Origin: an uncultured Muribaculaceae bacterium
GTDB lineage: Bacteria; Bacteroidota; Bacteroidia; Bacteroidales; Muribaculaceae
Direction: 5' to 3'
NCBI GenBank assembly: GCA_947381945.1
Contig: CANCXM010000004.1
Span: 29,176 to 93,175, forward strand
Length of the DNA stretch: 64,000 nucleotides
The notes under the pieces were generated by a model. That model searched no databases. It was not told where the DNA came from and was given only the letters and a program-made list of their open reading frames with translations. This document shows, piece by piece, positions 27,771 to 35,337 of this stretch (positions are counted from its first letter, which is position 1; every line of letters starts with the position of its first letter). The position numbers and the translations under genes were made by a program.

Positions 27771-28547
27771 ATGAACCGCGAAGAAGTATTCAACCGCACA
27801 GCCCTGCTTATCGGGCGCGAAAATCTCGACCGTCTCGGAGAAGCACGGGTGATAATTTTCGGCATGGGAGGAGTCGGTAGCTGGGCTGCCGAGACTCTCG
27901 TCAGGAGCGGATTCTCCCGACTGACAATCGTTGATGCCGACCGCATAGCTCTTTCCAACATAAACCGTCAGCTTCCGGCAACAACCTCGACACTCGGGGA
28001 GGTGAAGGTCGAAGCCATGAAAAAAAGACTCCTCGACATCAATCCCGATGCGGAAATCGAGGCTATCCACGATTTTTACAACTCATCAACGCAGGACAGA
28101 TATGTCCTGACGGATTTCGATGTAGTCATTGATGCCATTGATTCCCTTTCCGACAAAGCTCTGCTCATACTGAAGGCTACAGAAGCCGCCGCTGCCACAG
28201 CCAAGAGCGAAAGACCGACACGCTTTTATTCGTCAATGGGAGCGGCGCTGAAAATGGACCCTTCACGCATCGCTGTGGCTGAATTCTGGAAGGTGAAAGG
28301 GTGTCCGCTCGCGGCAGCTCTCCGCAGGAAGTTCAAGAAGAGCGATGAGTTTCCTGCAAGGAAGTTCAAATGCGTGTATTCCGACGAACTTGTCGCCAAC
28401 CATAAAGATGCAGCCGAACTTACCGACCACTCAGGCGCGATGACCTACAACAAGGTTGCAAGCAACGGCGCGATGATGCACATCACCGCCATTTTCGGCA
28501 TAACCCTCGCCTCACTGGCGATCCGGGAGATGGTTGTGAGGTGTTAG
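27771..28547 (+). CDS. tcdA: tRNA threonylcarbamoyladenosine dehydratase (ThiF/E1-like, TcdA/CsdL)
   Basis: I chose the ATG at 27771 (MNREEVFNRTALLIGRENLDRL...IIFGMGGVGSW Rossmann motif, NINRQ). The track ORF start at 27726 overlaps the upstream gene. Confidence 0.88.
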   Translation: MNREEVFNRTALLIGRENLDRLGEARVIIFGMGGVGSWAAETLVRSGFSRLTIVDADRIALSNINRQLPATTSTLGEVKVEAMKKRLLDINPDAEIEAIHDFYNSSTQDRYVLTDFDVVIDAIDSLSDKALLILKATEAAAATAKSERPTRFYSSMGAALKMDPSRIAVAEFWKVKGCPLAAALRRKFKKSDEFPARKFKCVYSDELVANHKDAAELTDHSGAMTYNKVASNGAMMHITAIFGITLASLAIREMVVRC

Positions 28548-28552
28548 TTTTT

Positions 28553-28874
28553 AGTTGGTTGTAGGGACGCGCTGTAGCGCGTATGCCCGATGACCATATC
28601 CGACATTTCACACGACGATTGCCATATTTTTTGAGGTACAAAAATTCAGAAATCACAAAAATAACAGACTATTATTTAAACTACGCGACATTTACCCTGC
28701 TACAGTTGATGTATGCTGTGCGGTAAATGCAAATAGGATGAATAATGGTCTGTTATTTTTGTGATTTCTGAATTTCTGTACCACATACCCACGTTCCGGG
28801 AATAATGGGTTAATCGGGGTAGGTCGTATAGGGTCATCGGGCATACGCGCTACAGCGCGTCCCTACAACCAACT
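28553..28874. mobile_element. 322-bp nested palindromic element (MITE/REP-like): 43-bp perfect outer inverted repeat plus 42-bp near-perfect inner inverted repeat
   Basis: The outer arms 28553-28595 and 28832-28874 are exact reverse complements (AGTTGGTTGTAGGGACGCGCTGTAGCGCGTATGCCCGATGACC). The inner arms 28635-28676 and 28741-28782 differ at 2 positions. There is no ORF. It lies between convergent tcdA and the DUF3037 gene. Confidence 0.7.
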
Positions 28875-28896
28875 GCAGCAACCAACGGATGCAGCC

Positions 28897-28931
28897 CACA
28901 ACTGACAACTCACAACTAAAAACTCACAACT
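28897..28931 (-). repeat. Five heptamer units (minus strand AGTTGTG AGTTTTT AGTTGTG AGTTGTC AGTTGTG) flanking the palindromic element
   Basis: On the plus strand this reads CACAACT GACAACT CACAACT AAAAACT CACAACT. A matching tract on the other side of the element (28533-28560) overlaps the tcdA stop. Confidence 0.6.
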
Positions 28932-28941
28932 CTCCCACCCC

Positions 28942-29328
28942 TCACAACACCAACTCCGCAAACAGGCGGTCGAAGGTCGCATCGAGGTCGGGGGTGAGGC
29001 CTGGATGGGGGCGCGAGGTTGCGAGACAGGCACTGCGCACAGCCGTCAGCCAGCGGAAACGCTCGTGCGGGTCGAGTTCACCAATCGCTCCGGGACATCC
29101 GTCGGCCACACGGCAGAACGCATCAAGCTGACCGCGCAACGCATCAATATCGGCATCGGGACAGAAAGCTTTCAGCCGCGATTCGTCTATGCTGATTCGC
29201 GCACGGATCCACCGCCGGCGCTTACACATCATCACCAATCCGATGTTGATAAATTCCTCTCGCTCCACACGCGGAAGAAAACGCACGACGGAGTATTCAA
29301 ACAAGTGTCTTTCGGGTCCTGCTTGCAT
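28942..29328 (-). CDS. DUF3037-family protein
   Basis: 128 aa. The N-terminal FEYSVVRFLPRVEREEFINIGLVM matches what I recall of the DUF3037 signature. It overlaps the upstream kinase gene by 32 nt (ATG start), or ~7 nt if a TTG start is used. Confidence 0.7.
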   Translation of the reverse strand: MQAGPERHLFEYSVVRFLPRVEREEFINIGLVMMCKRRRWIRARISIDESRLKAFCPDADIDALRGQLDAFCRVADGCPGAIGELDPHERFRWLTAVRSACLATSRPHPGLTPDLDATFDRLFAELVL

Positions 29329-30085
29329 TGCTGACGAATATTTGAGAATTTGACAATCGGGTCTTCAGGAAATTTCTATAGACATCGCGCTGCTCAGCGA
29401 CCGATGCGGGAGTGCCGGAAGCGGCCAACCAGTCATCCGGGACGGCATCGACAACAGCATCAATCACTTCGGGAGTAATCCTCGCGCGCATTTCCGCATC
29501 AGCCTCCTCCATGCGGGTAGCGTGGCGGATGAGGGCATGGTCCTTGACGTAGGGGAATGGACTCAGGGCTGCCTTTTCCCAATCCGACCATGAATGATGG
29601 AAATAGAGCGAGGCCCCTTGGTCGATTAGCCACAGTTCACGGTTCCAGAGGAGCATGTTTGTGTTGCGGGCCGTGCGGTCGATGTTGGTCAGGAAAGCGT
29701 CGAGCCAGACAAGACGCGAGGCTGTCAGTTCGTCCATACGGTTGGCCAGCACATCCCACGTCAGCGCCCCAGACAGGAAATGGACACCGAGATTCAACCC
29801 TGCACTTCCCTTCAGCAGATCCTGCACCTCCTCGTCGGGTTCGGTGCGGCCGAAATCCTCCGGAAGATCAAGAAAAATCAGTTCGGGCACGCGGAAGCCT
29901 GCCGCACGGGCGATTTCTGAACCGATAAATTCAGCGATAAGCGCTTTTGTGCCATGACCGGCTCCTCGGAACTTGGCCACATACTTGAAACCGTCCGTCG
30001 CTTCCACGAGGCCGGGAAGTGAACCACCCTCGCGAAGAGGCTGCATGTAGAGGGCGGTTGATTCATGTCGTATATCGAGTTTCAT
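29297..30085 (-). CDS. HipA-like (PI3/4-kinase fold) putative Ser/Thr kinase
   Basis: 262 aa. It has a Gly-rich KFRGAGHGTKALIAE segment, a catalytic-loop-like NIDRTARNTNML and a metal-binding-like LIDQGASL. No HipB-type HTH gene is nearby. Confidence 0.65.
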   Translation of the reverse strand: MKLDIRHESTALYMQPLREGGSLPGLVEATDGFKYVAKFRGAGHGTKALIAEFIGSEIARAAGFRVPELIFLDLPEDFGRTEPDEEVQDLLKGSAGLNLGVHFLSGALTWDVLANRMDELTASRLVWLDAFLTNIDRTARNTNMLLWNRELWLIDQGASLYFHHSWSDWEKAALSPFPYVKDHALIRHATRMEEADAEMRARITPEVIDAVVDAVPDDWLAASGTPASVAEQRDVYRNFLKTRLSNSQIFVSNASRTRKTLV

Positions 30086-30315
30086 ATTCTTTATTGTCTA
30101 CAAAATTACAACATTTTTCCTACTGATTTGTGGGAAAGCGCATTAAAGAAATATTTCATTATTGTAAATTTTGAAGTCAGAATGATAATTGCGACCTTTG
30201 CGCATAGATTCGCCACAAACCGACGGATTGCAACCGACATGGGCGTGAAGCCGGGGTCGGTAACGCAGAGAATTAACTGAATCTTTAACTATAATCCATG
30301 AAATCTATTTAGAAA

Positions 30316-31608
30316 ATGGTAACTGCTATCGTCACGTTTTTTATTCTCGGTTATCTGTGCATCGCTCTTGAAAGCGTGCTCAAGATCAACAAGGCAGTGC
30401 CCGCGCTGTTGATGTGCGTGGTCTGCTGGACACTCTATGCCTGCGGAGTCGGAGGCGAGGCCGACACTTCCGGCCGTCTGCTCCACCATCTGGGCGAGAC
30501 CTGCGAAATCCTCTTCTTCCTAATGGGAGCCATGACAATCGTGGAGATTGTCGATGCCAACGGCGGCTTCTACTTCGTCCATGACGCTCTCGCCACCAAG
30601 AGCAAACGTGCGCTCCTCTGGCGAATCACCGCAATGACTTTCATCCTCTCGGCAATCCTCGACAACCTGACCACCTCAATCGTGATGATAATGGTGTTGA
30701 GAAAACTCATCGAAGACCACAAGGACCGCATGATATACGGCGGTATCATCATCATCGCAGCCAACGCCGGCGGTGCATTCTCGCCCATCGGCGACGTCAC
30801 CACCATCATGCTCTGGATCAAGGGTATGATCTCAACCGGCGGTGTGATTTCACAGCTCATCCTCCCCTCGATTGTCTCGGTTGTCGTATCGGCTCTCTGC
30901 GTGTCGCTCTATCTTAAAGGCGATGTCGTAGCTCCCGCCGGTTCGGCCTCAAACCTCCCGACCAACTCCCCTGCCGACAGGAAAATCATCCTCTTCTTCG
31001 GTGTCGGCGGTCTGATTTTTGTCCCCATCTTCCGTATGCTCACCGGACTTCCCCCCTTCATGGGCATCCTTCTCGCCCTCGGCGTTCTGTGGCTTGTCAG
31101 CGAATGGCGCACCACCCGCGCATCAATCGTCGTTGAGGACAGCCATCTGAAAGTGACAACACTTCTCTCACGCATCGACCTCGCCACCATCCTCTTCTTC
31201 CTCGGCATCCTTCTCGCGGTTGCTACCCTTCAGGAAACAGGAGTGCTGACAGCCTTCGGCCAGTGGCTCAACGAGGTCTCAAACGGCAACCACTATCTCG
31301 TCACCGGTGTCATCGGCGTTGTTTCGAGTATTGTTGACAATGTGCCTCTCGTTGCAGGCTGCATGGACATGTATCCCATTGCTGCAACCGGCGATTTCGC
31401 TTGCGACGGCCTCTTCTGGCAGCTCCTCGCCTACTGTGCCGGTGTCGGCGGCTCGATGCTCATCATCGGCTCTGCCGCAGGCGTGGTCGTGATGGGTCTG
31501 GAGAAAATCAGCTTCGGATGGTATCTCAAGAAATTCACATGGATCGCATTCGTCGGCTACATAGCCGGTATCGCCGTCTATGCCCTCGAAACCCTCTTCA
31601 TGGGCTAA
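30316..31608 (+). CDS. nhaD: NhaD-family Na+/H+ antiporter (ArsB/NhaD permease superfamily)
   Basis: 430 aa and polytopic. It carries ILDNLTTSIVM and VSSIVDNVPLVA repeat motifs typical of NhaD. Confidence 0.85.
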   Translation: MVTAIVTFFILGYLCIALESVLKINKAVPALLMCVVCWTLYACGVGGEADTSGRLLHHLGETCEILFFLMGAMTIVEIVDANGGFYFVHDALATKSKRALLWRITAMTFILSAILDNLTTSIVMIMVLRKLIEDHKDRMIYGGIIIIAANAGGAFSPIGDVTTIMLWIKGMISTGGVISQLILPSIVSVVVSALCVSLYLKGDVVAPAGSASNLPTNSPADRKIILFFGVGGLIFVPIFRMLTGLPPFMGILLALGVLWLVSEWRTTRASIVVEDSHLKVTTLLSRIDLATILFFLGILLAVATLQETGVLTAFGQWLNEVSNGNHYLVTGVIGVVSSIVDNVPLVAGCMDMYPIAATGDFACDGLFWQLLAYCAGVGGSMLIIGSAAGVVVMGLEKISFGWYLKKFTWIAFVGYIAGIAVYALETLFMG

Positions 31609-31641
31609 GTAACACTGTCAAAACATACAGTCCAAAAATAA

Positions 31642-31692
31642 GCCATCCGGCATTGCAACTCACGCAATGCCGGATGGCCTATTTTTTATTTT
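31642..31692 (+). terminator. Rho-independent terminator after nhaD
   Basis: GCCATCCGGCATTGC (31642-31656) pairs with GCAATGCCGGATGGC (31664-31678), followed by ATTTTTTATTTT. Confidence 0.85.
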
Positions 31693-31709
31693 CAATTAAA
31701 ATCAGGCGC

Positions 31710-31747
31710 TTGTAGGGACGCGCTGTAGCGCGTATGCCGAATGAACC
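31710..31747 (+). repeat. Solo copy of the palindromic-element terminal repeat
   Basis: TTGTAGGGACGCGCTGTAGCGCGTATGCCGAATGAACC matches the left arm at 28559-28595, with one substitution (C/G) and one extra A. It is in the same orientation and lies between convergent nhaD and maa. Confidence 0.7.
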
Positions 31748-31780
31748 TCAAACATGCCCCAAATAAATGCCCTCACCCCA

Positions 31781-32338
31781 TCAAATCGAACGGATAACGC
31801 GACAGGGATTGCCGACAGCAAGTGAATTGGCCGGGATGTCGCGGTTGACCACACTTCCGGCACCAATCACGCAATTGTCGCCTATCGTGACCCCGGGAAG
31901 CACATTAACTCCCGCACCGATCCACACATTGTTGCCAACTGTGATAGGACGGGCATATTCAAGTCCCTGATTGCGCTGAGCGACATCGAGAGGATGACCT
32001 GCCGTGTGGAAACCGCAGTTTGGAGCGATGAACACGTTGTCACCGAAAGTAACCTTGGCACCGTCGAGAATGACAAGGTTGACGTTGGAATAGAAATTCT
32101 CCCCGATTTCAATATTGTAGCCGTAGTCGCAATAGAACGGCTGCTCAATGAAAAACTCACCGGACGTCTTACCGAGAAGCGATCTCATGAGGGCTTTACG
32201 CTCCTCAAGCATGTCGGGTTGCAAATCGTTGTAGGCACGGCAGCGCTTCTTGCACTCCATGCGCTCGGCGATGAGTTGCGGATTGTAGTTTGCATCATAA
32301 AGCTCTCCGCGAAGCATTTTTTCTTTCTCCGAATCCAT
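31781..32338 (-). CDS. maa: Maltose/galactoside O-acetyltransferase (hexapeptide-repeat family)
   Basis: 185 aa. It has the N-terminal Mac domain (KMLRGELYDANYNP) and LbH repeats (VWIGAGVNVLPGVTIGDNCVIGAGSVV). Confidence 0.9.
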   Translation of the reverse strand: MDSEKEKMLRGELYDANYNPQLIAERMECKKRCRAYNDLQPDMLEERKALMRSLLGKTSGEFFIEQPFYCDYGYNIEIGENFYSNVNLVILDGAKVTFGDNVFIAPNCGFHTAGHPLDVAQRNQGLEYARPITVGNNVWIGAGVNVLPGVTIGDNCVIGAGSVVNRDIPANSLAVGNPCRVIRSI

Positions 32339-32395
32339 TGGAAAGGTGATTATAGAGTTATTTTACAATTTCAAAGAGAATGTTTTTACCCGTCA

Positions 32396-33313
32396 TCAAT
32401 TGGCCGTCGTCACATATCCGTGGACAGTGGCGGAGATGCGGGCAATCAGACGCTCGGCACCCTCCATCGTGCCATCGAAATCCTTCACGAGTACAGCGAG
32501 GGAATAGGAATGCCCGTCGGGGAGGGTGATGTAGGCCACATCATTGACCGCCGCAATCACACCGTCTTCATTAATGTAGCCGCTGCCTGTGCGGTGACCG
32601 ACAGTGATGCTGTCATTGTCGAAAAATGGCGCAGGAATGCGTTCACGGCCCGTCTCGCAACGTTTCAGTGCCGAGATGAGGAATTCTTGCTTCCGAGGGG
32701 AAACGAGGCTGTCGGTGAACACACGGTTGATGAGCGCGGCACAAGCCAAGGGTGACGACCAGTTGTCGGCAGCCAACGAATGGTCGAGCTGCATGGAGTG
32801 CTCGGTGTGACGGATGGAAAAATCAGTGATGCCGGTCATTCGGCGGATGATACTGTCGGTCCGTTCGGGCGAACAGAAACGGTCAAAGAGTATGTTGCTG
32901 ACATTGTTGTCGCTCAGCAAGAGCAGATAGTCAAGCAGGTCGGTCATCGGGAGGCTGAAATCACCTTCCGGGTAGTCTTTCAGCATCGGACTCCATGTCT
33001 GAAGATTGAGTTCGTCGTGTCGGATCTGCACAAGCGTGTCAATTTCCACCGACATGCCGTCAAGAACCGCGCAGAGAGCTACGGCCTGATGAAGTTTGAA
33101 CACACTCATCAGCGGGTAGCGGACATCGTCGTTGTTGACCGTAACGGTATCCTTGCCATCGATAATCACTGCTACGCCGACATCCCCTTTCGCATCTTTC
33201 ACCACATCCATCAACTGCGATTCGAGCGTGGGAGCGGTCTTGCAGGAACATACTGCAATAAAAATAGTCACGATGAGAATCAGAAAGGACTGAAATGATG
33301 AAAGATTGCGCAT
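32396..33313 (-). CDS. Class A beta-lactamase (lipoprotein-type signal)
   Basis: 305 aa. The motifs are S70-V-F-K73, S134-D-N, an E171 region, and HRTGSG at 240-245 (KTG-box with Arg in place of Lys). The signal peptide ends ...AVCSC. Confidence 0.8.
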   Translation of the reverse strand: MRNLSSFQSFLILIVTIFIAVCSCKTAPTLESQLMDVVKDAKGDVGVAVIIDGKDTVTVNNDDVRYPLMSVFKLHQAVALCAVLDGMSVEIDTLVQIRHDELNLQTWSPMLKDYPEGDFSLPMTDLLDYLLLLSDNNVSNILFDRFCSPERTDSIIRRMTGITDFSIRHTEHSMQLDHSLAADNWSSPLACAALINRVFTDSLVSPRKQEFLISALKRCETGRERIPAPFFDNDSITVGHRTGSGYINEDGVIAAVNDVAYITLPDGHSYSLAVLVKDFDGTMEGAERLIARISATVHGYVTTAN

Positions 33314-33524
33314 AGAGAATGGAATTTTACAAATTATCTGATTTATGATTGTGGCGGGAAGAGGAGAAAACTCCCCGGCGACTCTCCCGGAGGCTGACGG
33401 AATAAGCCTTTGGAGATTATACGACGAAGCCTTTCGTCATGCTTATGAAGGCAAGCCGAAAGGCTTCGGGATTTATCGTTGCACACCCCAAACGGGGCGT
33501 TGCACAGACTGAGGGATGGAGGAA

Positions 33525-34106
33525 TCAACCGATCTTGATGCCGGAGAATCCCATGAAGGCCATGGCGAGGAGACCTGCGCAAATCATGGCGATGGGCACA
33601 CCGCGCATTGCCTTGGGTACGGAAGTCCAGGCAAGCTGTTCGCGGATACCGGCGAAGATGGCGATTGCCATTGTGAAACCGACGGCGGTTGCGAAGGCAT
33701 AGACGATGCTCTCGCCGAGGTTCATGCCCTTCTGGACAACAGTGATGGCCACACCGAGCACGGCGCAGTTGGTTGTGATGAGGGGAAGGAACACACCGAG
33801 TGCGCTATAGAGCACCGGAGCAATCTTCTTAAGGATAATCTCAAGCATCTGCACGAGAGCGGCGATGACGAGGATGAAGACGATTGTCTGCATGAATCCG
33901 AGGCCGAAGGGGGTGAGGACGAGGTCCTGGAGGAGCCATGTGATGGCAGTGGCAAGCAGCATGACGAAAGTCACGGCTGCACCCATGCCGACAGCGCTCG
34001 ACAGCTTGCGCGAAACACCGATGAAGGGGCAGATGCCGAGGAATTGGGCAAATACGATGTTGTTGACAAAGATTGCCGTTATGATGATGGAAATGTATTC
34101 TAACAT
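33525..34106 (-). CDS. rnfA: Rnf electron-transport complex subunit A
   Basis: 193 aa. The sequence MLEYISIIITAIFVNNIVFAQFLGICPFIGVS is RnfA-type rather than NqrE. Confidence 0.9.
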   Translation of the reverse strand: MLEYISIIITAIFVNNIVFAQFLGICPFIGVSRKLSSAVGMGAAVTFVMLLATAITWLLQDLVLTPFGLGFMQTIVFILVIAALVQMLEIILKKIAPVLYSALGVFLPLITTNCAVLGVAITVVQKGMNLGESIVYAFATAVGFTMAIAIFAGIREQLAWTSVPKAMRGVPIAMICAGLLAMAFMGFSGIKIG

Positions 34107-34149
34107 AAACTTAGTTAAGTATTAAGTTTTAAGGACTAAGTATAAAGTA

Positions 34150-34743
34150 TCAGCAGGATTTCGCACGGAGTTTCGAGAAGAGCGCGATGAGAAGACCGAG
34201 GGCGATGAACGCACCGGGGGCGAGGACGAAGACGAGCGAACCGAACTGCTCGGGATAGATGGTGAGGTCGAAAATCTTACCTGTTCCGAGGAATTCACGC
34301 ACAGCACCGAGGAGTGTGAGCGCGATGGTGAAGCCGAGGCCGATGCCGATACCGTCAAGGCAACTGTCGAGGACACCGTGGCGCGAAGCGAAGGCTTCAG
34401 CACGTCCGAGGACGATACAGTTCACCACGATAAGGGGAATGAAGATGCCGAGAGTGGCGTAGAGCGAGGGGACGTAAGCTTCCATGACAAGCTGAAGCAC
34501 CGACACGAAGGCCGCGATCACGACGATGTAGGCAGGGATGCGCACCTTTGAGGGCACAAAGTTCTTGATGAGCGAGATCACCACATTGGAGCAGATGAGC
34601 ACTGCCATTGTGGCAAGTCCCATACTCATGCCGTTGAGGGCACTGCCGGTGGTACCGAGAGTGGGACACATACCCAACATCAGCACGAATGTCGGGTTTT
34701 CGGCGATAATACCGTTGAAAAGTATTTTAAGTTTATCGTTCAT
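34150..34743 (-). CDS. rnfE: Rnf complex subunit E
   Basis: 197 aa with ENPTFVLMLGMCPTLGTT, of RnfE/NqrD type, in rnf gene order. Confidence 0.9.
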   Translation of the reverse strand: MNDKLKILFNGIIAENPTFVLMLGMCPTLGTTGSALNGMSMGLATMAVLICSNVVISLIKNFVPSKVRIPAYIVVIAAFVSVLQLVMEAYVPSLYATLGIFIPLIVVNCIVLGRAEAFASRHGVLDSCLDGIGIGLGFTIALTLLGAVREFLGTGKIFDLTIYPEQFGSLVFVLAPGAFIALGLLIALFSKLRAKSC

Positions 34744-34758
34744 GGCTTGATGAGGGGT

Positions 34759-35337
34759 TTATTGCTGTGCGGCAAATTGTTGTGAAGCCTGATTGGCGAG
34801 TGTGAGAGCTCTCAGGAACGCGCGCGACGAGATGGTCGCTGCAGTGATCGCGTCGACATCACCACCATCCTTGCTGACAGTGAGGTTGGAAGTGGCGGGG
34901 TTGAGTCCGATGATGCTGTGGGCGGGATTGCAGAACCACTCACCCATCTTTGATCCGAGGCCTGGGGTCTCGGCGTGTTGCATCACAGCATAGCCAGTAA
35001 TGTCGCCGGCAGGATTGAAGCCATACATCACGGTGATAAGACCGGAGAATCCGTTGGTGTCGTGGCTCTCGACAGCTATGCCGACGAGTTCGCCATCCTG
35101 ACGGGCGGGGAAGACGGTGACAGTCTCGCCGTCGACAGTCACTTCCGAAGCCTCATCGGCAGGGTTGTTGTTGAACTGTATGTCGGGGAGCACCTGACCG
35201 ATTGCAGCTTTCTGCTTCTCGGCCTTGGCCTGTGCGATAGGTTCCTTGGTTGCGGTGTAGACTCCGGCAAGCGCGGCAGCGGCCACGACAGTGATGATGC
35301 CGAGCGAAAGCACCATGTTTACGAGCGATGATTTCAT
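34759..35337 (-). CDS. rnfG: Rnf complex subunit G (FMN-binding)
   Basis: The ATG at 35337 overlaps the rnfD stop (ATGA). The sequence MKSSLVNMVLSLGIITVVAAA... is a TM anchor, and DAITAATISSRA is the FMN-attachment motif. The track start at 35451 lies inside rnfD. Confidence 0.88.
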   Translation of the reverse strand: MKSSLVNMVLSLGIITVVAAAALAGVYTATKEPIAQAKAEKQKAAIGQVLPDIQFNNNPADEASEVTVDGETVTVFPARQDGELVGIAVESHDTNGFSGLITVMYGFNPAGDITGYAVMQHAETPGLGSKMGEWFCNPAHSIIGLNPATSNLTVSKDGGDVDAITAATISSRAFLRALTLANQASQQFAAQQ

